A DNA stretch of 34,142 nt from Bugula neritina (lineage: Eukaryota > Animalia > Bryozoa). This document shows, one piece after another, positions 1 through 12,206 of the stretch. The DNA is taken from NCBI GenBank assembly GCA_964035545.1, contig CAXIUT010000269.1, forward strand, positions 1 through 34,142, read 5' to 3'. Each line of letters opens with the position of its first letter. Within the stretch, counting starts at the first letter, position 1. A model generated the notes under the pieces. It was given only the letters and a program-made list of their open reading frames with translations. It ran no database searches and was not told where the DNA came from. The position numbers and the translations under genes are program-made.

Positions 1-101
1 CCCAACCCCAACCCCAACCCCAACCCCAACCCCAACCCCAACCCCAACCCCAACCCCAACCCCAACCCCAACCCCAACCCCAACCCCAACCCCAACCCCA
101 A
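1..101. repeat. Left telomere, (CCCCAA)n
   Basis: Uninterrupted C4A2 hexamers at the window start, the Tetrahymena-type ciliate telomere repeat. Confidence 0.98.
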
Positions 102-136
102 TATTTATAAATAAAATATACATTCAATATCTGATA

Positions 137-1596
137 TCATTTATTTCTTTATTATTCTGATGATAATTCAGAACTCTATATCTCATAAGTCTTTTTTTTA
201 TTTTTACTCTTTTTTGTCTCACTCTTAACCTGACTTCTATACACCTGATTATTCTATGTATCATTTGCTCTGTAATATCCTCCAACAACATTTTTGCTTT
301 GCCTAACATGCTAACTGATATTTTTCCATAAAGCTGCTTTTTACCCTCCATCAATTTCCTCCAATAAAAAATTTATACTGCCTATCATGCAATCCATAAA
401 GATGCTTCATAAATTCCTATATCTTCTAATTACCATGCTATACAGGCATCTGAATACAATACTATTCTGGTTTCAACTAGACCAACAACTAAGCTATCCG
501 TCTATGATCCATAATACTGATAGTCTCCTTATAATTTTTAATATCATATTAATTATCTGAAAAGATTTTGATAAACGATACTACCTTTTTCAAACTGTAA
601 CCATTTATAAATTGTTTGTACAACTTGTTACTAATTAAGTCATTTTTGAATAGCTAAGTCACCAGGATGTCAAGATCGACATTGGCCAAATTGTTTTTAT
701 TTTTGTTTCTTTTTTATAGCTATTTAAAACTGTTTTTGAGGAGGTTTATATTTGATTGCTTCTGAGGCTACTTTCCGCCTTTCTTTGCCATCTTGCCGTC
801 CTGAAATTGAATGTCCAGTTGCTATTGATTGAAGTTTATCAATTATATTTGCTTGTTTTGGATTGTTTGTTCAGGTCGGTAGTTTGAAGTTAGCTAGTTA
901 GTGTTGTAGTTGTTGTGGTGGTTGTAAATATAGTGGTTAATTAGGTTGTTGTTTTGTCTATCGTTGTTGTGGTTGATGTTGATAGGTTTTTCGTTATTGA
1001 GACTAATAGGTTTTTAGTTAGTAAGATTTATAGACTTTTAGTTATTGAGGTTAATCGGTTTTTAGTTTGTAAGATTAATCGGTTTTTGGTTGATTTTAAA
1101 AGATGGTTTTTTATTTGTACTATTTTTACCAGATTTACCTTGATGAATTTCTTTTCTCTCCTGTCTTTCTTTTCTACAATCAATAACCTCAAGTTATTTC
1201 CAATCCTCCAGATCAGGAGCCTTATCCAATCCCAACCTAACAATCAGCTAATTCACATCAATTTTATCCAAATCAAGATCCCCCCTTCCCATCCTTATTC
1301 CCCTCCCTATTCTCCTCCTACTCCAACTGAATATATTCTATCTAATCCATCTGATCATTAATAACGATCGGCTCTATATTCTTTTACTATATTTCAGATA
1401 GATCTATATTATTTGCTGTTTTGTTCAATATCTTATCAGTTAGTCTTTTCTTGAAGGTGTCTTCTTAGAGTAAGTTGCTTATTTTGTCAGGATCCTATGA
1501 TTTGCTTTATTATGGGGAGATTATTTGGGGTTTTGAGATTGTTATTTCTGGGGGGTTGTATGAAAAATTCACTTGGGTTAGATAATCGTTGTCCAT
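137..1596 (-). CDS. Hypothetical Asn/Lys-rich protein, possible Myb/SANT-like C-terminal segment
   Basis: Long frame open under TAR=Glu from ATG 1596 to TGA 139-137. It needs one frameshift near the G-run at ~1280-1285. C-terminal LWKNISEHVRQSKNVVGGYYR only loosely resembles Myb/SANT. Start uncertain. Confidence 0.5.
978..1094 (-). repeat. About five degenerate 24-nt coding repeats (N-E/Q-K-P-I-N-L-x)
   Basis: Units such as AAC TAA AAA CCG ATT AAC CTC AAT recur at 24-nt spacing on the minus strand. Confidence 0.75.
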
Positions 1597-2360
1597 TGTG
1601 TTAGAATGTGGTTGTTGGTTTTGGAGTTTATTATGTTTTGCTATTATGATGATTGGACATTTTTTATATGTTATTTTTGTTGATTTTGTTGTTTAGTTTT
1701 TTACCTCTTTTCGCCTATTTCTTATATATTATTTTATAAAGTTTAATAAAGAGTAACTTAATAATAAAATCTGATTAACTTCCTAATATTTGCTAATTTA
1801 GTTCTAAAATAAGTTACAAATTGACAAACAACTAAAACAAACCAAATAGAATACCAAAATAATAATATTTTTATAATAAGTAAAATATATAAGTTCAAAT
1901 AATACTTCATTTCCTAGTCTAATTATTATTATTATTATTTTCTAATTGATTTTCCAATAATTAAAAGAATGATAAAAATCCATCTTATTTAACATATATT
2001 TTTATGCCAATTTTTATGATCAAAAATAATACATGTATTTTTAACATTATTAATAGTCTTTAAGAGTATTTTTTATAAAAAATTAAATGATGAATTTAAC
2101 AGATATTAATCAATAACAAATAATACCTCTAATTCTTATAATTAACCCAATTGTTTTATATTGTTCAACTCTTATCATTATTCTGTAAAAACAATATATT
2201 TCCTTTATAAAATATAAACTATTTTAATACCTTAACCATTACCAACTACTATTAACAAATTCTCTTAACTTTTAATTAATAATAATTGGCATATTTAAAC
2301 CACCACCACTGATTAAAAAATCATTTCAAAAAAATAAAAAACTATAAAAAAGAGTATAAA

Positions 2361-2699
2361 TCATTCAAGTCGATGATGATGTTCTTAGGCTAATTTTTTT
2401 CTAGTCTACATCGATAGGTTCCAAGTACCAGAATATGCAAATAAAGTTTAATTACAATATAGACAGACCAGACAGGCAATAATAGCCACCACAACAGTAC
2501 CTGCAACAATCGCTGCATAAACAATAGAATCCATTCTTACTCTTGCGTGACACTCATGATCGTCAGCCTAGCATCCTCCATGGGCACTTCCATCGCACAC
2601 TCCCAAAGTATACCGATACGTCTATTAACTTTTTTGTTGGTTTGTTGTTAAGATAACTAGAAATAGGACCATTGCCATGAGAAAGATAGTGTGCTTCAT
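2361..2699 (-). CDS. Small single-pass membrane protein with signal peptide (112 aa)
   Basis: MKHTIFLMAMVLFLVILTT (signal-like), Cys-containing ectodomain CDGSAHGGCEADDHEC, TM segment IVYAAIVAGTVVVAIIACLVCLYC, TGA stop. 339 nt, intronless. Confidence 0.75.
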
Positions 2700-3457
2700 T
2701 AGGTGTTTAGGTTTTGATGATTTTGGATTTGATTGTTGGTTTTATAGTTATGTATCAGAAAAGATGTTTATAGAAATCAAATATTATGTGATTTGTAGCA
2801 GATATGTTGATGGTAGGCTATGGGATGGATTTTGTAAGTATTTTGGTAAGTGTTTTTGATATAACAGGTCTGTTTGAACTGATTTAAGGTCATTTAAAAG
2901 GATTTGTTTTGTATTTTAATATTAAAATATCAGATAATGTTCTTGTATTATTAATATTTATTAATATATTTTATTAATAAATTAGTTTTAAATCAATGAT
3001 TTATCTGATCAATACTATTTAACTATTAAAATATCATTTTTTAAATTTATTTAATTACAAATTGTTTTTTATTCTTATTACTCAAATAATTATAAAATGA
3101 GTACTTTGACACCTTCTCCTCCAATAATAATAAAATCACCTCAAAAAGTATATTTTAATACATTTAGATAATAGTAGTCATTGATGTGGGTTGGAATAGT
3201 AGTTAGTTATAGAACTAGACCAACCTTTTATAAAAAAGCAATAGAAATAAATCCTAATTTAGGGTTTTTGGGGTAAATATCCTTTTATTATAGGTTATTT
3301 TAAAGTTCAAATCCCTTCTTTGCTTTTTCTATTCTTTTTTTCATCAGACTTTATAAGCAACTCTACACTTATATCTTCATCAAACGAATAATCATAAAAT
3401 ATTAACAAAAAAATAGTTTAATTAAAAGAACAACTCATGTAAAACAATGTTTGAAAT

Positions 3458-4054
3458 ATGAATGATATTCATAGCAATGATAATTTAATATAACCTTTTA
3501 TGAAAAAAACTAATAAAATTATCAATCAATCAGAACTAGGACCCTGGAATCCAACCATATAACCTATAGACACTCTACTCCCAATTTAATAACTAACTCT
3601 ACCCCTCCGCACCAACCGAACAATCAAGTTACCAAGAATAACTCCCTATATGAGCGACACCCGCCACTCCAAAAAGCTACATTTCCAACTATACCATCAC
3701 AGTCTACAACTAAACGCCTAAAACAAACAACCAAACAAAGCAAAAAATGCAGGCATGACCGGCTCACTGCATTATAAGTCAAAAGGTAATAACACATAGA
3801 GAAAACATAATAGATATTAATCGCTAAGCATCGATTCCAAAGGATAATCGAAAGAGAAATAGTTAAGTCGGCAGGTATCGACTATTCAAGTCGGGTAGCC
3901 AGTGGATAAATCAGATTTTAAAGAGAAGCATGGTAGTCGATACTTGTTGAATGCTTAGAGTGCAAAAAAGAGGAGTTTGAATCATTTTATAAATGGGGTA
4001 ACTAAAAATCATGACAACTTTTAATTGTATTTACTATTAAAGAAAAACAAATGA
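3458..4054 (+). CDS. Hypothetical protein (198 aa)
   Basis: 597-nt ATG-to-TGA frame under TAR=Glu, higher GC than flanks, no recognised motif. Confidence 0.55.
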
Positions 4055-4099
4055 TACTGAAATATATTTTTATCTTGTTTCGATTTATAATTTAAGTTG

Positions 4100-5215
4100 A
4101 TGGCAACTAAAATAGGCAAGACGTTAGCCAACTCAGTCATCATATAATACTAAAATCTCATCAAAGGTATAAATCTTCACGCATAAATAGAACAAGCCTA
4201 TGGTCCTGGAGGTACTATTTGATGTTAGTGAGGTATGGGCATATTATTTATCAACAATATTCCTGAATATCCATAACAGAGAAAGAAAACTTTGAAATTA
4301 TTTCATAGATTAGCCAATCTACCATAATAGATACTTAAAAAATACGAAAGACCATAGATATTTTATTCCAGAGGACGGTCTCGAGGCATTGAAAAGTTTC
4401 AAGACAAATACGATACTGGCAAAGGAAGTTACTACATAAATGCCGCCTCAGATGAAGGATACATCATCCAATAGAACGAATAACATCTATTCACATAACA
4501 ATAAAAACAATTCTACACCCCAATAGCTGGATAAACGACATCCCATAAATGTACTCTCTTTAACATACAGCTAAACAAACGTAAAACTCCTATCTAGAAT
4601 GATGCTGCAAGTTGGCGCTATGCTGGCCCTGCAAGTAGACAGATACGTGCTTTCTAAAATAAATAGCTATCCTGAGAAATATCTACATAATATTGCCGTA
4701 AATGGTAAATCGCATATGGGTAAAATGCTACACTACTATTCTTTTGACGAGAAAGGGTCGAATGAAGATGATTGGTGCGGATGGCATAATGATTTTGGAT
4801 TGCTGACTGCGCTGACTTCTCCTCTCTATACTGATCAGAATGGATAGATTGCTGATGTCAGGTTGGAATCTGGTGGTCTCATGGCCAAAAATAGGTTTGC
4901 TGAGACCTCGCAACTTGTCATTCCTGATAACATGCTTGCTTTTCAATTTGGTTAAAGTTCTCAGATAAGAAGCGGAGGATATTTTTAAGCTACACCTCAT
5001 TGTGTGTCTAAATGTAGTTAATTGGCTGGCACAGGAATCGGCAGGAATACTTATGCAGTATTTATCGAGCCTGATCCATTGGAGTTGATGTAAGTACCAT
5101 AAGGAGTTCATATTTAAAACGTTTTAACAAAATAAAGTTATAAGACACCTCGACTTAGAATAATGGAATATACTATAAAGATTTTCTAACAAAAACCCTA
5201 TAAAAATACACCTGA
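4100..5215 (+). CDS. 2-oxoglutarate/Fe(II)-dependent dioxygenase (clavaminate synthase/IPNS-like fold)
   Basis: IEQAYGPGGMG, GKGSYY, CGWHND (HxD), FQFGESSQI, ATPHCV (distal His), GRNT. Introns 4212-4232 and 4551-4570. One probable indel near 5155 before NGIYYKDF...KYT-TGA. Confidence 0.88.
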
Positions 5216-5267
5216 TATCAACCATTTTATATTCAATACAAAATAAAAGATAACAAATATTCAAAAA

Positions 5268-8200
5268 TCATTAATCAAAATCAACCACAAGTTCCCCATT
5301 CCTAGGATTATGACTAACTTCAACCATATGCATCTTATCTATCCACACCCTCATATTCTTCAACAACTTACTTTGCTCCTATGTTTAGAGGTTAGTATAG
5401 TTCCCAAAATTATTGAAAGTCATTCTAACAGGTTACTATTCAAGTTGAGAACTGTTGATTTCTATTTTGTTTTGCTAGATTGTTATTATCTTTTATATCT
5501 ACATTCTATACAGCGATATCGGCTTCAAAAACTATACAGATCCATATTGGTTACTCACTTTCACCTGGTATACGTTTCTTATCTGTGGGATTGTCATTTT
5601 TCTTATTTACTACATCGATGGCTAGATATTAAGCTGTCCTATTCTTGGCAGATTTTATTATTTTAAAGAGGTGTATGTTTGCTATTTTTTATATTTTTAT
5701 ATTCTGTTTGGTTTTGGAAATTTAAAATTTCCAAGAGGATCTATTTTTTTGTTATTAGCATTATAGCTCTATTCATATCTATGATAGGCATCTATTTTAT
5801 ACATTGATTAGTATTTTTATTAAGAATAATTGTTTTTATACTTTTTTGGCTCTTTTGTCCAAAATGATGTAGTGGCTAGTTATTTTTATTACTATTCAAA
5901 GTTGTCAAATGGATTTCTTGTTACTTTAAAGGTTTATTTTTATTTGTTTTTGGCTGATTCTTTAAAGAGAGCGTCGATGAGAGAGGATGCTATTTGGATT
6001 TGTTGCTAGTTTTGAGGGAGAAGAGTTTGAGTTAAAAGTAAGCTTATAAAAGGACTTAGTTGAGATCTGTTTTCAAGTGTGAAAAGAGATGGCAGATAAG
6101 GACTAATATACGACTTAAGATACTGAAGGTAAGTTATGATATCTATCTAAGTAAGAGGAATAGTAATGTTTTGAATTGGTGTTAATTGAGAAGCAACAAC
6201 TTGATGAGGCATATATTGCCCAGCTGGGTAAACTGGTTGATTCATAGGTATGTTGCTACTGGGTTGTTGTGGAGTGTTATAGGGTTGTTGTGGAGTGTTA
6301 TAGGGTTGTTGTGAAGTGTTATTGATTGGTATTTGAGTGTTATTGATTGGTAGTTGAGTGTTATTGATTGGTAGTTGAGTGTTATTTAAGGGGAAAAAAG
6401 TATTTTGAGAATTATTTGAGTTGATTTGAGGAGTATTTTGATTTATCGTTGATGGCACTGGAGTGTTAAATAGTGATGTTTGGTTATTTGGTTGTTATTG
6501 ATTTGGAAAACAAACTGTTGGTGCTGGAATATTGAAATTAAATAATGATTGATTTTGTTGATGTGTTTGATTTGAAGTTTGGTTTTGTGTATTTGCTACA
6601 AGTGGTGAAGTGTTTGCGGCTTGATATACTCCTAATGGTTGATTTAGTTGACCTGAGTTTTGATTGTTTAGTCCTACAGGCTGATTATTCATTCCAATAG
6701 GTTGATTATTCAGTCCAATAGGTTGATTATTCTGTGCTACAGGTTGATTTAGTTGACCAAATGGTTGATTTGATTGACCGAAAGGTTGATTTGTTTGACC
6801 AAAAAGAGGAGGTTGAGCTGTTTCAGGTTTATTTTGATTATTATTATTTTGATTGCTAGTTGAATTTTGAGAAAACAAAGGTAGACTTTGATTATTTTTT
6901 GCAATATTATTATTTCCACTGATAACTTTAGTTGCACTAAATGATTTATTATAACTAACATTATTTTTATTATTTCCAACCTTATTCTGAATCAAAGCAG
7001 GTTGCTGCCTAGTTTATATGAAATTTATCCTCAACTATTCTTTAGTCTTACCTTAAAACTGTTCCAAAGCTGCTATACATTTAATTTGATGTTTTTTATC
7101 AACTTTTAGACTACGAGTATGAGCCGATACAAACTTTCCTCCCGATATATTGCTATTGTTATTGTTATCAGTAATCAAAGTAGTATTATTGGTAGTAGCC
7201 AAGTTGAAGTTATTGTTAGTGCTATTTGCTGGTACTCCCCAGGTAGGACCTCCCAGCTGATTATTATACATAGGAGGGTTTGTATTGGTTGTTTGGTTTG
7301 GGAAGAGCGAGGAGTTGGTGTTTTGAACTGGATTAGAAGTTGTTGCTAGAGAATTAAAAAAACCACTGTTTTGTTGTGGTTGATTCATGTTATGGATGTT
7401 TTGGTCTTGATTGTTCAATGAGAAGTTCTGGTTGTTTGTATTGAGATTTTGGTTCATGTTATGGACTTGATTGTTGATATTTTGATTTTGACTGTTCATA
7501 TTAAAATTCTGGTTCATATTTTGATTCTGACTGTTTAGATTTTGATTCTGAGTATTCATATTCAGATTCTGGTTCTGGTTGTTCATGTTAAGATTCTGGT
7601 TTTGGTTGTTCATATTAAGATTTTGGTTGTTCATAGTTTGATTAGAATTGTTCATATTTAGATTAGTTGCTGTATGAGCTAAGTTGCTTTGGAATGGTTG
7701 TGTAGTCCCAAAAAACCCTGTTCCTTGATTAGTCTGTGTATTATTTTTTAAAAATCCATTATTTTGAGTTAAACTTGATTGAGTTCCGAAAAAACCTTGA
7801 TTTCCATTGTCTTTATTTGCCCCAAACATTCCTTGGTTAGATTGCCCAAACATTCCTTGGTTAGATGGCCCAACACTTTGATTTGTCTGTCCAAACATGC
7901 CTTGAGAGGTATTCTGAACATTACTAGCTATTCCTTGATTACTAGCATTTATTCCTGGAGTATTATTCATGGCATTAGGTTGATTAGTATTGGTTTGAGT
8001 CAAGTTTCCAAAAAGTCCTGTATTCGGTTTGGGAGTAGCTCCGAACATTGCTTGAATATTAGGTTTATTTTGATTCATAGTTGAGTTGTTTGAAGTAGCT
8101 ATATTGATTCCACTAAAAAGCCCTCCCTTTTGATTAAGGTTAACATTTTCAAAAGGTGATGCAGTAGAGAGCCCAACACCTTGACTAGCCAATGAGTTGT

Positions 8201-8408
8201 TGGTTCCTAAGTTAAAGGAGGTATTTTGGTTGGCATTTTGTCCAAAAAGTCCTTGATTTTGATTTTGAGGATTAGGATTTTGATTTTGAGGATTAGAGCC
8301 AAAGAACCCTTGATTTTGAGTATTTTGATTGGGTTGATTGTTTCCAAAAAGTTGTGAGGTAGTATTGTTTGGTGTGAAGGAGGAGTTGTTTGATTTGTGT
8401 CCAAACAT
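5268..8408 (-). CDS. NUP98: Nup98-family FG nucleoporin (1046 aa, intronless)
   Basis: Three track ORFs share one frame joined by TAR=Glu. GLFG/GFFG/GMFG repeats with N/Q spacers, GLEBS motif CIAALEQFEGKTKEELR, and C-terminal autopeptidase-like domain (EPSMEEIRKM...NQYGSVEFLKPISL...NPRNGELVV). Confidence 0.9.
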
Positions 8409-8857
8409 GTTGATATTATTAGGCGGGTTTGATTTATTACTTATAAGATTAAATTCTCATATAATTGCAATTTTGTATTCAACAACTGTTTATTTCTGAT
8501 AGTTTCTAGTTCAATAAAATAGTTTAAATTTATAAATTATCCAAATCACTTCATAAAAAGCTTTACTAAAGATTATTCTAATTTTTAGGAGAATAATTTT
8601 ATCGACAACTGTGATTAATTCGATACTTTATAAATTGAACATCAGTTGATAAATATTAATAGTTATAGGTATTAATAAGATAAATTATTGAGTAAGTATT
8701 TTTAGCTCATTAAAAATAAGTGACTAATTCTATTAAATATTAATTTTTAATACAATTTGATAAATAAAATTATATTTAATTTATTTAAATCTATTTAATA
8801 GGTTAAGTCAATACTGAGTGCTATTATTTTGTTGGTGCCTCTTTACTATAATAATAA

Positions 8858-9436
8858 ATGATTGGTAAATTCAAAGGAAAAAGGCTTGAAGAAGAATAAG
8901 CACAGAAAAAGAAGAACACCAGCGATGTCATCACAGCTGAAAAACGCATGAAAATAGACATCCAGAAATACCAAGAAAACAAAATCGACAACGTCTAGAT
9001 CTCCTTCCCCAATTAAGGCTCAGTCACAGAAATACATATCACTATCTTACCCAATCAAGAAAGATCCTACTATCGCAACTCTAAAATCACCTTCTCCTAC
9101 TTCGTCAATGAAAAATATCCCTATGAACAGCCAGAAGTCAAGTGCCTCAACAAAATTCTACACCCAAACATCGATAAACAAGGAAACGTCTGTCTCAATC
9201 TCCTTAGAGCTGGCTGGAAACCTATCTATGAACTTCATTTGGTCATCATTGGACTTCTTCATCTTCTTTAGAACATCAAATCAGCTGATCTTGAAGAACC
9301 ACTTGACAGAGATGCAGCTGCTTTGATGAGCAAAAGCCATGAAGAATTCGATACAGCTGTTCAAGATACAATCAAAGGAAAATCTCTTTTCGGAAGGCAG
9401 TTTGACAATGTTTACTTTATTCCCAAGAAAAAATGA
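8858..9436 (+). CDS. UBC12: E2 conjugating enzyme, Ubc12 (NEDD8 E2)-like
   Basis: YPYEQPEVKCLNKILHPNIDKQGNVCLNLLRAGWKP active-site signature, basic N-terminal extension, 192 aa, TGA stop. Confidence 0.82.
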
Positions 9437-9595
9437 TATCTAGTACCCATAACTCCTGTTATTCTCTATCTTGAAAAGATAAATAATAAATAAATATTTT
9501 TAACAAAAAGAATTAACCTTCGAATAATTAGATAAGACGATCATAAATTACAATTATATTGAACTATAATTATGTAATAAACATCATATAGGTTA

Positions 9596-9677
9596 GGGGT
9601 TGGGGTTGGGGTTGGGGTTGGGGTTGGGGTTGGGGTTGGGGTTGGGGTTGGGGTTGGGGTTGGGGTTGGGGTTGGGG
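9596..9677. repeat. Internal telomeric tract (GGGGTT)n, right end of the first minichromosome
   Basis: About 13.5 perfect G4T2 units, 159 nt after the E2 stop, preceded by AT-rich non-coding DNA. Confidence 0.97.
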
Positions 9678-9679
9678 CT

Positions 9680-10522
9680 CACAAAAATAAACCTAAAAAA
9701 AATATAAGACTAGATTTTTTAAAACAGAGAGAACTATTGAGAGATGACTCATCTTCTTTTCTAAGCATTAGGGCAGATAGACAAAAAAATCACACAGAAG
9801 ATTCATAACAAAAAAATCCATAAATATTGGTTTAAGATTTTACTCCAAAAGAACATAATTAACAACCATTTCAAAGCATAAAAAAAGTCAATAAAGGAAA
9901 TGAAAATTTGAGAAGAGTAAAATCTCAAATAGTTAAATAAAAAACATAAATATCTCCAAAAAACATCCTAAAAAATATAAAAAGTTTTTTATAAACATCT
10001 GGAATTTATCAAAAAAAATAAAAATTTATACATCCATCTGAAGTCCTCCAAAGAACAATAAAAAGAAAATAAAGATTAAGATAAAAACAAAAAATAAAAA
10101 ATAAAATAAGAATCAATTCATAGTAATGTTTAGTAGTTATACCTAAATTATCAAAATAAGAATAAATAAAACAAATGAAATAAAATCTAATGAAATCACA
10201 ATATAAGAATAATAAATCAAAAAGTAATATTAGAGATTAAAATAAATGGAAAAAGATAATAAATAAATCAGGAAAGACTAGTAACCTTCTTGATTTATGG
10301 AAAACAAGACCTCTTTTCAAATAAAAAGTATCAAAAAATAAACCTAAATTAACAATGAATTAAAGTAAATAAATAATTACAGAACAAATTAAAAAAATAT
10401 AACCCAGTATTAGAAGAATAAATAGATTAATGACCTAATTCGATGATAGCAAAATGTATTGTAACTGGAATTACAATACTGGCTTTCTTATGCACAGTAG
10501 TAGTGATATGAAAACTCTTTGA
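9680..10522 (+). CDS. 5'-truncated hypothetical Lys/Glu-rich protein
   Basis: Frame is open from the telomere junction (HKNKPKKNIRLDFLKQRELLRDD...) to TGA 10520-10522, with no in-frame ATG near the junction. Confidence 0.6.
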
Positions 10523-10730
10523 TTAAATGACTTCTATGGCATTCTTGACTATTTACTATTCAATTTATCATTATTAATTATTTATTTTATGATAGATTAT
10601 GTAAATAGTTAGTTATGATCAGAAGAAAAGTCCTTTAGAAAGTATTTTTATTAGTTTTTAAGAAGAGTATTGATAATTTGTTCAGATTAGAACCAATTTT
10701 TCTCAAATAGTGAATAAACTAATTATTTTA

Positions 10731-11930
10731 TCATCTTTTTTACTATTTTATGAACTATATTTATTTATTTTTCTTGGATGTTAAACTCATAATCATATTT
10801 CTCATCTCCTGACTCCAATAAATTTTTAATTAACATATATTGATCTAAAACATCGAAGTCTCCATCGATCCAACACCAATTAAAAAGTTAGTCAACTACT
10901 TACATCCATAATCTTTCAATATATTGATGTAATAATTTTACTTTAACCTTTTGATACTTCTCTCTTCAACTATCGAAAAAAAGAATCCCAAACCAATCAT
11001 TTCCTTCTTATATTTAAATGCAGATAAATTGATAATACTATGCTCTAAACTCTTCTCATGAAACTTGACTATGTTGTTTACCACAACTTGTATCACTTTT
11101 TATATAAATTGCTATGAAAAACTAAGATGTTTATTATTAAGAACGTAACCTTCCAAAGAAGAGCATATTTAACTTTTTTTGTCTTCGATAGAATAACCGA
11201 CATATTATCATTGCTGAATGCTACTCTGTAGTTGTCAACTTAGTGAGCTCTTACTTCTATGTACTGTTCGATATTTATTTTAGTTTTTCTAGCTGTTTCC
11301 CAAACCTCTGCAAGACATAATTTATTGTTTTTTTTTTCTGATTATTTTAGATTTAGATTTTTATACTTTTTATCAAACATTAATCAATATCAATCAATAT
11401 TTATTTCTTTGTTATTTAGGACAAATCATTTCTTGATAAATATTTTTAATACTCATATTTTCAATCAAATCGTTTGATTTGACATAAATAATAAAGATAA
11501 GACATATTTATCAATTATTGAATGCAAATTAATGTTTGTATTGTTCTTTATTATCATCTCAAAAAGAAGATACTTTCTTTTTTTTACATTCTTTTTGGTT
11601 TTTTATTCGATATCTTTTTGTTTGTCTTTAAAAATTGACATATTTCTTATCTTAATCGAGATATAAATATTTAGTTTTAACCATTTTCTTCTATAATGAG
11701 GTTCTTCTCTTATTCCTATTGATGAATCAATATATATTTTTCTGTTTATTTCATTTTAGTGAGTCATAATGCACATTTATTCTTTTTATATCCCACCATT
11801 TTTTATTCCATTTGACTTTCATGATGACAGAGCGCATAATACTCTTCAAACTGATCATTTTGCTTATAATTTCAATCTATTCTGAATTATTTTAAAGATA
11901 TGGAAGGTCAAATGATATATCAACTTGCAT
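10731..11930 (-). CDS. Hypothetical protein (boundaries uncertain, probable indels)
   Basis: Long open stretches on the minus strand ending at TGA 10733-10731. Frame changes are needed and no motif was recognised. Confidence 0.35.
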
Positions 11931-12206
11931 CCCAACAAAGAATAAAAAAGAAGTGGTTGATTGAGCAGAAGTCCGACTGAAAGTGACAACTTATCTTGAT
12001 AATTTTCTTTGTTGAAATGTGTTTTTTTTGAATGATTTTCTTTTAACTCTATCGCTGCTAAATATTCAGATAAAGAAATATAATGATGAAAGTAACGGAA
12101 ATTAGATATTTTTGTTGAAAAGTGTTAAAAAAGAGTAGAAAGAGTTGAAATAGATGATAGGACTATAGATGTAAGGAAAGATTGGTTATAATTTGTTCGA
12201 TAACAA

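Noticed and set aside
954-1361. Track ORFs antisense to real genes (also 4728-5111, 5310-5666, 7119-7349, 7779-8084, 24571-24918 and others)
   Set aside because: They are shadows of opposite-strand genes and artefacts of using the standard code.
3097-3465. Possible 122-aa plus-strand ORF with intron-like segments
   Set aside because: No motif, very AT-rich, and it overlaps the next ATG. With one stop codon, such ORFs arise by chance.
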